Assembly (NCBI GenBank): GCA_043228905.1
Contig: JBHGNT010000017.1
Span: 18,910,001 to 18,974,000 of the forward strand
Direction: 5' to 3'
Source of the DNA: Azolla caroliniana
Taxonomy: Eukaryota; Plantae; Polypodiophyta
Length of the DNA: 64,000 nucleotides
Below the pieces are notes generated by a model. It worked only from the letters and a program-made list of their open reading frames with translations, did no database searches and was not told the origin of the DNA. This document shows positions 38,821 through 49,300 of this stretch, one piece after another (position 1 is the stretch's first letter; each line of letters begins with the position of its first letter). A program made the translations under genes and the position numbers.

Positions 38821-41427
38821 ATGAGAAGAAGAAGGAGAAAACAATTGCAGCAGGCACCATTGAAAGCAAGGCATGGTAAAATGTATGAGTGGAACATAGC
38901 TAATACCGTAGAAATGCATAAAGGATTACACAAAGAGGAAATTGATGTAGTTGCCAGCTTGAAGGCTTGTGCTCGAAAAAAGAATCTGCTTGAGGGATGC
39001 AAAATACATGGTCATGTTGTTGTAATGGGTTTTCTTGAGAAGAACATTTTCATAGGCAGTGCATTAGTGAGCATGTATGCCAAGTGTGCTGCTCTCACAA
39101 TGGCCCAAGAATTGTTCGATAAGCTCTTGGTTCGGGACATTGTCTCCTGGACTGCACTGATTGGAGGATATGCTCAATATGGGTGCTTTAATGAAGCACT
39201 GTACTGTTTCAAAAGGATGCAATGTGAAGGCCTGTTCCCTAATGCAGTGACCTTTTGTTGCATCCTAAAAGCTTGTGGCATCATAAGAGCTTCTCATAAG
39301 GGCAAGGAAATACATGCTGAGATTGCTCATCTTAAGTTACTCACTGGGAACGTTATACTTGGCACTGCATTGGTTGATATGTATGCAAAATGTGGTGAGC
39401 TTGTGGATGCTCGACAAGTCTTTGATGAGCTTCATGAAAAGGATGTTGTCTCATGGACAGCGCTTATGACAGGGTATGTACAGCATGGGCGTAGCAAGAA
39501 AGCGTTGAAATGTTTCGAACAGCTGCAGCAGACGGGTATTTCCCCTAATGCTATGACCTTTGCTTGCATCTTGCAAGCCTGTGGAAGCATAGGAGCAAAT
39601 GAGAAAGGTGAAGAAATACATCTCGAAATCCTTAAAGAAAACCTTTTAGGAAAAGACAATGTTCTTGGTATAGCATTGGTAGATATGTATGCAAAATGTG
39701 GTCAACTTGTGAAGGCACAAGATGTTTTTGACAACCTTCCAGTCCGCAATATTGTTTCATATTCTGTGCTAATCACAGGATATTGCCTGAATGGGTATGG
39801 TGAAGAAGCACTTCATCTCTTTGAAAAGATGCAACAAGAAGGCATCTTTCCAAATGCAGTGACTCTAGCTTCCAGCTTGAAAGCCTGTGGCAGTATAAGA
39901 GAAACTAGGAAGGGTAGAGAAATACATGCTGAGATTGCCAGGAGAGGGCTATGGGAGGTTGATTGTGTGCTTGACAATTCTCTGATAGAAATGTATATGA
40001 AATGTAATGCACTCACAATAGCACATGAATTGTTCAATGAACTTTCAGTTCGGAATTTGGTCTCTTGGAATATATTAATCTCAGGCCATTACCTACATGG
40101 GCATTGTAAAGAAGCACTTGATTTTTATAGACAAATGCAAATGGAAGGTCAGTTTCCTGATGAAGTGACATTTCGCTGTGTTTTGCAAGTCTGTGGTGAC
40201 ATTGGAGTGAGGATGAAGGGTAAACAGTTACATATACAGATCCTTGGAGGGGGTTTCCTTGGTGTCCTTGGGATTGCATTAATGAATATGTATGTGAAAT
40301 GTGGCACAGTCGTGAGTGCCAAAGCAGTGTTTGATGAGCTTATTGCTCGAGATGCAGGTTGGAATGCACTGATCGTGGGATACTGTGACCTTGAATATGG
40401 TGAACAAGCCGTGGATTGTTTCAGACGTATGTTAGTTGAAGGTTTCTATTGGGATGCTATTACCTTCGCTTGTGTATTGAAAGCTTGTGGTATTTTAAGA
40501 GCATCTCAAACGGGCCGAGAAATACATTCCCTAGTTGTCATTGAGGGATGGCTGGAAAAAGACATTGTGCTTGGTACTGCTCTGGTTGATATGTATATAA
40601 GATGTGGCTTACTTGAGATAGCACAGCAAGTCTTTAATGAACTTCCAATTCTGGATAAAGTTTCGTGGACTGCTGTAATTTTGGCATATTCTCAACATGG
40701 ACATAGTATGGAAGCACTAGACTGTTTCAACCAGATGCAATTTGAAGGTTTATCTCCGGATGCTGTAACATTTTCCTCCATCTTGAAGGTTTGCAGTAGC
40801 ATTGGAGCACTTGAGAAAGGTGAAGAAATTCATGCTAATATTGTTAGAGAAGGCATTCTTGGGAAAGATAGTGTACTTGGAGTTGGATTGGTACATATGT
40901 ATGCTAGATGCAATGCCCTTTTGAAAGCGGAACAAGTCTTTAACATGCTACCTATTCAGGATGTAGTTTCTTGGACTGCACTAATTTCAGGATATGCCCA
41001 GAATGGAGAGCATGAAATAGTTTTTAAGTTGTTTAACAAAATGGTAGGAGAAGGTATAAAGCCAAATTTAGTTACATTTATTGTTATTCTTAATGCATGT
41101 AGTTTCTTAGGCTTGTTAGATAAAGGCAGGATGTACTTTGAAACCATGGGCATAAACTATGGTATCTGTCCAACGTTAGAGCATTATACTTGCATTGTGG
41201 ATCTTCTTGGACGAATAGGGTACTTTGAGAGTGCAATGAAAGCCATTCAAGGGATGCCAAGTTGTGACCATCTTCCAATGTGGTTTGCTTTACTGGGTGC
41301 TTCTGAAAAATTGGGAAATGTGCAGCTTGGAAGATTAGTTTTCAAACATGTGGTTCGACTGGACAAATCGGGCAATAGGTCTGGTTTGGCATACACTTAT
41401 ATGAATAATATATTATGCACCTTCTGA
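38821..41427 (+). CDS. PLS-class pentatricopeptide repeat protein with a partial E domain and no DYW domain (868 aa, intronless); probable organellar RNA-editing factor
   Basis: Seven L-S-P triplets (MYxKC/MYxRC, VSWTALI, PxxVTFxxILKAC), then P2-L2-S2 (EHYTCIVDLLGRIG) and E-like WFALLGA...NVQLG...AYTYMNNI. Confidence 0.93.
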   Translation: MRRRRRKQLQQAPLKARHGKMYEWNIANTVEMHKGLHKEEIDVVASLKACARKKNLLEGCKIHGHVVVMGFLEKNIFIGSALVSMYAKCAALTMAQELFDKLLVRDIVSWTALIGGYAQYGCFNEALYCFKRMQCEGLFPNAVTFCCILKACGIIRASHKGKEIHAEIAHLKLLTGNVILGTALVDMYAKCGELVDARQVFDELHEKDVVSWTALMTGYVQHGRSKKALKCFEQLQQTGISPNAMTFACILQACGSIGANEKGEEIHLEILKENLLGKDNVLGIALVDMYAKCGQLVKAQDVFDNLPVRNIVSYSVLITGYCLNGYGEEALHLFEKMQQEGIFPNAVTLASSLKACGSIRETRKGREIHAEIARRGLWEVDCVLDNSLIEMYMKCNALTIAHELFNELSVRNLVSWNILISGHYLHGHCKEALDFYRQMQMEGQFPDEVTFRCVLQVCGDIGVRMKGKQLHIQILGGGFLGVLGIALMNMYVKCGTVVSAKAVFDELIARDAGWNALIVGYCDLEYGEQAVDCFRRMLVEGFYWDAITFACVLKACGILRASQTGREIHSLVVIEGWLEKDIVLGTALVDMYIRCGLLEIAQQVFNELPILDKVSWTAVILAYSQHGHSMEALDCFNQMQFEGLSPDAVTFSSILKVCSSIGALEKGEEIHANIVREGILGKDSVLGVGLVHMYARCNALLKAEQVFNMLPIQDVVSWTALISGYAQNGEHEIVFKLFNKMVGEGIKPNLVTFIVILNACSFLGLLDKGRMYFETMGINYGICPTLEHYTCIVDLLGRIGYFESAMKAIQGMPSCDHLPMWFALLGASEKLGNVQLGRLVFKHVVRLDKSGNRSGLAYTYMNNILCTF

Positions 41428-41673
41428 TAATTTCATGTGAGGTATATAGTCTTTGTATATTTATGTATCAAATTTGAGTGAAAAGCATGGTAACCATACG
41501 GTGGTTCTTCAGTGCTAATTATTGTCATTTACTTTGACATGATTTATAAACATGAAAATCCAATCCATGGTTCCTCATTTTGGACAGCTAGTATTGCATA
41601 TGAGAATGTTGGGGAAGCGCAAGACAATACCACTTTTCCACATGGAAGCTATAACAAATATTTTCCCCACTTG

Positions 41674-42223
41674 TGTTGTAAAATTGAAGATAGTAATAAA
41701 AAACAAATGCTAATCTTGACAGCAATTTAGCAAGAAACTCCACACTTGGACACTAATTAGATCAAAGAGATATGAGATTTATGTGGAAAACCCCAATGTG
41801 GGGAAAAACCACGGAACCGTTCACAACGGCACTAAAACTCTACTAATAAACAATAATACAGTGGGTACAACAAGTTTTCATCTGTAGTTCAAAACTAGCG
41901 GCTTTACAATCTTCAAGGTAAATCCTTGGATTAACAAATCATCACATATAGTGGCAAATTTCACAAATTCATAAATTCTGAGATCGTTTGATTATCGAGC
42001 CGCAAGAATAGTGGTTGGATACTCTACTTCAATCTTTTATCCCTCTCTTTTGTTTCTTTCTTGCTCCATGTTCTCTTTTTTTTAGCGTGTTCTCAAAAAA
42101 CAGAAATAGTAATAAATAAGGGCTATGTTTCTAAAAAACCCTTTTATTACTCCTAAGAAAAAAAACCTATAAGTAGAAACTTTATTTGAGCCCTTTTCAT
42201 ACTAATTTCAACTCGTTACAACA
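41674..42223 (-). mobile_element. Probable LTR remnant (solo-LTR-like)
   Basis: Inverted termini TGTTGTAA...TTACAACA and the copia LTR motif GTGGAAAACCCC...GGGGAAAAACCACGG at about 41783-41814. No TSD found. Confidence 0.5.
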
Positions 42224-42963
42224 TACACATCCACATGCTAATGTGGCTAAAAACAAAAAACATAGACCCAATGAAATGTTTGGACCTCTTCTTCTAGGTA
42301 GGAGGGAAGAACCCAACAGAGAATTAGATAGCATGATTGTGGTTTACATTGTCATCAACTTAGTAGAGAATACTAGAAGAGTAGGAGCAAGAAAACATGA
42401 GATGACTACTAAATAATAAAGAAGTTACGAATTCATGATATTTACACTGCAACAAAGGGCGTGAGAATTGGAGAAACTTGTTAGGTAGATACACAACTGG
42501 AGTTGAATTGAAATGCTAGACTAATGTTATAAATCTCCTTTATGAATTTGCCATATCACACATGGGACAATTCTAAAACATTATCAATGCAACCATTACT
42601 TTTATGCCCATAGATGATGTGCAATAGTTTGAGAACATTCCTAATTTAGTTGCCATTTTGTTACTAGTTGCATGTGGGTTATTTATGAAAGACAAAAACA
42701 GTGACAAAATACAATTGATATTTGTATTGCCGTAAAAAAATGCACATCCTTGGGTCGATTCCTCTTGCATACTCATACTCCCATACCTTACCTCCCTAAT
42801 TCTCCAATCACTTTACATAGTTGTTGCAAACGTTAAACTTGAGTAATAAGGTAATATTAATGGCGTTGAAAACTCTAGCTCATGGTGACGAATAACCTTT
42901 TCCCCAACAAATAAAAAAACTTGTTAACTTCAACACCTAAAGATTTTTGGAATAAAAAATTTG

Positions 42964-43300
42964 CATTTACTCACGCTCTCTAGTCTATGTCGTCCTCAAG
43001 CTTGCTTTTTTCTTCATGTCTCTCGCCCTGAGTTTCAGAATCATGATTTTCAAATTCTATATGAAACCTAACATCGTTAGCTTCCATTCGCATGTTTCAA
43101 CACAAAACTCCGATATCACACGAGCCAGGTATGAACATTTTTATTTAGTTTTTCAAATTATATATCAAACCTAACATCGTTAGCTTCGATTCACATGTTT
43201 TAACACAACAATCCGATATTACACGTGCCAGGTATGAACATTTTCATTTACTCACGCTCTCATCTCTACGTCGTCCTCAACTTTTCTTTTTTGTTCATGT
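42964..43300 (-). repeat. Inverted, diverged satellite monomers (about two) at the array edge
   Basis: Reverse-complement satellite motifs (TTCTTCATGTCTCTCG, CGATATCACACGAGCCAGGTATGAACATTT, ATTTACTCACGC). Confidence 0.9.
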
Positions 43301-43301
43301 A

Positions 43302-46300
43302 TGGCTCGTGTGATATAGGATTTTAGTGTTCAAACATGTGAATCGAAGCTAACAACATTAGCTATGATATGAAATTAAAAAATCAAGATTTTGAAACTCA
43401 GGTCGAGAGACATGAAGAAATTAGCACATTAGAGGAGGGATTGGAGAAGAGCCTGTTCGGGAATTCAAATGTTCATACCTGGCTCGTGTGATATCGGATT
43501 TTTGTGTTCAAACATACGAATCGAGGCTAACAACACTAACTATCATATGGAATTAAAAAATCAAGAATTTGAAACTTAGGTCGAGAGACATGAACAAATT
43601 AGCAAATTAAAGGAGGGAGTGGAGAAGAGCCTGTTCGGATATGAAAATGTTCATACCTGGATCGTGTGATATTGGATTTTTGTGTTCGAACATGCAAATC
43701 AGAGCGCACAACTCTAGCTATGATATGGAATTAGAAATTCAAGATTTTGAAACTTAGGTCGATAGACATGAAGAAATTAGCAAATTTGAGGAGGGAGTTG
43801 AGAAGAGCGCGTGAGTAAATTCAAATGTTAATACATGGCTCGTGTCATATCGGATTTTTGTGTTCAAAGATGCGAATCGAAGCTAACAATACTAGCTACC
43901 ATATGGATTTAAAAAATCAAGAATTTGAAACTCAGGTCGAGAGACATGAAGAAATTAGCAAATTTGAGGAGGGAGTTGAGAAGAGGGCATGAGTAAATTG
44001 AAATGTTCATACCTGGCTCGAGTGATATCGGATTTTTGTGTTCAAATATGCGAATCGAAGCTAACAACACTAGCTATGATGTGGATTTAAAAAATGAAGA
44101 ATTTGAAACTCAGATCGAGAGACATGAACAAATTAGAAAATTTGAGGAGAGAGTTGAGAAGAGCTCGTGAGTAAATTGAAATGTTCATACCTGCCTCGTG
44201 TGATTTCGAATTATTGTGTTTAAAGATGCAAATCGAAGCTCACAACACTAGCTATGATATGGAATTGGAAAATCAAGAATTTGAAACTCAGGTCGAGAGA
44301 CATGAAGAAATTAACAAATTTGAGGAGGTAGTGGAGAAGAGCTCGTTAAGGAATGAAAATGTTCATACCTGGCTCGTGTGATATCGGATTTTAATGTTCA
44401 AACATGCGAATTAAAGCTAACAACACTAGCTATGATATGAAGTTAAAAAATCAAGAATTTGAAACTCAGGTCGAGAGACATGAAGTAATTAGCAAATTAA
44501 AGGAGGGAGTGGAGAAGAGCCTGTTTGGAAATGAAAATGTTCATACCTGGATCGTGTGATATCGGATTTTTGTGTTCAAACATGCGAATCGAAGCTAACA
44601 ACACTAGCTATGATATGGATTTAAAAAATAAATTTTTTTTTGAAACTCAGGTCGAGAGACATGAAGAAATTAGCAAATTTGAGGAGGGAGTTGAGAAGAG
44701 GGCGTGAGTAAATTCAAATGTTAATACCTGGCTCGTGTGATATCGGATTTTAATGTTCAAACATGCGAATCGAAGCTAACAACACTAGCTATCATATGGA
44801 TTTCAAAAATCAAGAATTTGAAACTCAGGTCGAGAGACATGAAGAAATTAGCAAACTTGAGGAGGGAGTGGAGAAGAGCCTGTTCGGAAATGAAAATGTT
44901 CATACCTAAATCGTGTGATATTAGATTTTTGTGTTCAAACATGCAAATCGAAGCGCAGAAACACTAGCTATGATATGGAATTAGAAATTCAAGATTTTGA
45001 AACTCAGGTCGAGAGACATGAAGAAATTAGCAAATTTGAGGAGGGAGTTGAGGAGGGAGTGGAGAAGAGCCTGTTCGGGAATTCAAATGTTCATACCTGG
45101 CTCGTGTGATATCGGATTTCTGTGTTCAAACATGGGAATCTAAGCTAACAACACTAGCTATGATATGGATTTAAAAAATCAAGATTTTGAAACTCAGGTC
45201 GAGAAACATGAAGAAATTAGCAAATTTGAGGAGGGAGTTGAGAAGAGCTCGTGAGTAAATTGAAATGTTCATACCTGGCTCGTGTGATCCCGGATTGTTG
45301 TGTTCAAAGATGCGAATCGAAGCTCACAACACTAGCTATGATATGGGATTAAAAAATCAAGAATTTGAAACTCAGGTCGAGAGACATGAAGAAATTAGCA
45401 AATTTGAGGAGGTAGTGGAGAAGAGCTCGTTGAGAAATGAAAGTGTTCATACCTGGCTCATGTGATATCGGATTTTTGTGTTCAAACATGCGAATCGAAG
45501 CTAACAACACTAGCTATGATATGAAATTAAAAAATCAAGAATTTGAAACTCAGGTCGAGGGACATGAAGAAATTAGAAAATTAGAGGAGGGAGTGGAGAA
45601 AAGCCTGTTTGGAAATGAGAATGTTCATACATAGCTCATGTGATATCGGATTTTAGTGTTCAAACATGGGAATCGAAGCTAACAACACTAGCTATGATAT
45701 GTAAATAAAAAATCAAGAATTTGTAACTCAGGTCGAGAAGCATGAAAAAATTAGCAAATTTGAGGAGGGAGTTGAGAAGAGGGCGTGAGTAAATTCAAAT
45801 GTTCATACCTGGCTCGTGTGATATCAGATTTTAGTGTTCAAACATGCGAATCGAAGCTAACAACGCTAGCTATGATATGGATTTTAAAAATCAAGATTTT
45901 TAAACTCAGGTCGAGAGACATGATGAATTTTGCAAATTTGAGGAGGGAGTTGAGAAGAGCTCGTGACTAAAGTGGAATGTTCATACCTGGCTCGTGTGAT
46001 CCCGGATTGTCGTGTTCAGAGATGCGAATCGATGCTCACAACACTAGCTATGATATGGAATTAAAAAATCTAGAATTTGAAGAAATTAGCAAATTTGAGG
46101 AGGTAGCGGAGAAGAGTTCGTTAAGAAATGAAAATGTTCATACCTGGCTCGTGTGATATCGGATTTTAGTGTTGCAACATGCGAATCGAAGCTAACAACA
46201 CTAGCTATGATATGGATTTTAAAAATCTAAAATTTTAAACTCAGGTCGAGAGACATGAAGAAATTAGCAAATTATTGAGGGAGTGGAGAAGAGCCTGTTT

Positions 46301-49300
46301 GGAAATGAAAATGTTCATACCTGGATCGTGTGATATCGAATTTTTGTGTTCAAACATGCAAATCGAAGGTAATAACACTAGCTATTCTATGGAATTAAAA
46401 AATCGACAATTTGAAACTCAGGTCGAGAGACATGAAGAAATTAGCAAATTTGAGGAGGGAGTTGAGAATAGGGCGTGAGTAAATTCAAATGTTCATACCT
46501 GGCTCGTGTGATATCGGATTTTAGTGTTCAAACATGCGAATCGAAGCTAACATCACTAGCTATGATATGGATTTAAAAAATCAAGATTTTGAAACTCAGG
46601 TCGAGAGACATGAAGAAATTAGCAAAATTGAGGAGGGAGTTGAGAAGAGCTCGTGCGTAAATTGAAATGTTCATACCTGGCTCGTTTGATCGTGGATTGT
46701 TGTGTTCAAAGATGTGAATCGAAGCTCACAACACTAGCTATGATATGGAATTAAAAAATCTAGAAGTTAACAAATTTGAGGAGGGAGTTGAGAAGAGAGC
46801 GTGAGTAAATTCAAATGTTCACACCTGGCTCGTGTTATATCGGATTTTAGTGTTCAAACATGTGAATCGAAGCTAACAACACTAGTTATGATATGGATTT
46901 AAAAAATCAAGATTTTGAAACTTAGGTCGAGAGACATGAAGAAATTAGCAAATTTGAGGGGGGAGTTGAGATGAGCGCGTGAGTAAATTAAAATGTTAAT
47001 ACCTCTCTCTTGTGATATCGGACTTTTGTGTTCAAACATGCGAATCGAAGCTAACAATACTAGCTATTATATGGAATTAAAAAATCTAGAATTTGAAACT
47101 CAGGTCGAGAGACATGAAGAAATTAGCAAATTTGAGGAGGGAGTTGAGAAGAGGGCGTGAGTAAATTCAAATGTTCATACCTGGCTCGTGTGATATCAGA
47201 TTTTAGTGTTCAAACATGCGAATCGAAGCTAACATCACTAGCTATGATATGGATTTCAAAAATCAAGATTTTGAAACTCAGGTCGAGAGACATGAAGAAA
47301 TTAGCAAAATTGAGGAGGGAGTTGAGAAGAGCTCGTGCGTAAATTGAAATATTCATACCTGGCTCGTGTGATCCCGGATTGTTGTGTTCAAAGCTGCGAA
47401 TCGAAGCTCACAACACTAGCTATGATATGGAATTAAAAAATCAAGAATTTGAAACTCAGGTCGAGAGACATGAAGAAATTAGCAAATTTGAGGAGGTAGT
47501 GGAGAAGAGCTCGTTAAGAAATGAAAATGTTGATACCTGGGTCATGTGATATCGGATTTTAGTGTTCAAACATGCGAATCGAAGCTAACAAGACTAGCTA
47601 TGATATGAAATTAAAAAATGAAGAGTTTGAAACTCAGGTCGAGAGACATGAAGAAATTAGCAAATTAGAGGAGGGAGTGGAGAAGAGCCTGTTTGGAAAT
47701 GAAAATGTTCATACCTGGATCGTGTGATATCGGATTTTAGTGTTCAAACATGCGAATCGAAGCTAACAACACTAGCTATGATATGGAATTAAAAAATTAA
47801 GATTTTGAAACTCAGGTCCAGAGACATGAAGAAATTAGCAAATTTGAGGAGGTAGTAGAGAAGAGCTCGTGAGTAAATTGAAATGTTCATACCTGGCTCG
47901 TGTGATCCCGGATTGTTGTGTTCAAATATGCGAATCGAAGGTCACAACACTAGCTATGATATGGAATTAAAAAATCAAGAATTTGAAAGTCAGGTCGAGA
48001 GACATGAAGGAATTAGCAAATTTGAGGAGGTAGTGGAGAAGAGCTCATTAAAAAATGAAAATGTTGATGCCTGGCTAATGTGATATCGGATTTTAGTGTT
48101 CAAACATTCGAATTGAAGCTAACAAAACTAGATATTATATGAAACTAAAAAATCAAGAATTTGAAACTCAAGTCGAGAGACATGAAGAAATTAGCAAATT
48201 TGAGGAGGTAGCGGAGAAGAGTTCGTTAAGAAATGAAAATGTTCATACCTGCCTCGTGTGATATCGGATTTTAGTGTTCAAACATGCGAATCAAAGCTAA
48301 CAACACTAGCTATGATATGGATTTTAAAAATAAAGATTTTTAAACTCAGGTCTAGAGACATGAAGAAATTAGCAAATTATTGAGGGAGTGGAGAAGAGCA
48401 TGTTTGGAAATGAAAATGTTCATACCTGGCTCGTGTGATATCGGATTTTAGTGTTCAAACATGCGAACCGAAGCTAACATCACTAGCTATGATATGGATT
48501 TAAAAAATCAAGATTTTGAAACTTAGGTCGAGAGACATGAAGAAATTAGAAAATTTGAGGGGGGAGTTTAGAAGAGCGCGTGAGTAAATTGAAATGTTAA
48601 TACCTGTCTCGTGTGATATCGGATTTTTGTGTTCAAACATGCGAATCGAGGCTAACAATACTAGCTATTATATGGAAATAAAAAATCAAGAAATTAACAA
48701 ATTTGAGGAGGGAGTTGAGAAGAGAGCGTGAGTAAATTCAAATGTTCACACCTGGCTCGTGTTATATCGGATTTTAGTGTTCAAACATGTGAATCGAAGC
48801 TAACAACACTAGTTATGATATGGATTTAAAAAATCAAGATTTTGAAACTTAGGTCGAGAGACATGAAGAAATTAGCAAATTTGAGGGGGGAGTTGAGATG
48901 AGCGCGTGAGTAAATTAAAATGTTAATACCTCTCTCTTGTGATATCGGACTTTTGTGTTCAAACATGCGAATCGAAGCTAACAATACTAGCTATTATATG
49001 GAATTAAAAAATCTAGAATTTGAAACTCAGGTCGAGAGACATGAAGAAATTAGCAAATTTGAGGAGGGAGTTGAGAAGAGGGCGTGAGTAAATTCAAATG
49101 TTCATACCTGGCTCGTGTGATATCAGATTTTAGTGTTCAAACATGCGAATCGAAGCTAACATCACTAGCTATGATATCGATTTCCAAAATCAAGATTTTG
49201 AAACTTAGGTCGAGAGACATGAAGAAATTAGCAAATTTGAGGGGGGAGTTGAGATGAGCACGTGAGTAAATTAAAATGTTAATACCTCTCTCTTGTGATA

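Noticed and set aside
45277-45295. CENP-B-box-like match in subtype B monomers (GCTCGTGTGATCCCGGA)
   Set aside because: Only 7 of the 9 core positions match, and CENP-B is not an established plant centromere protein.
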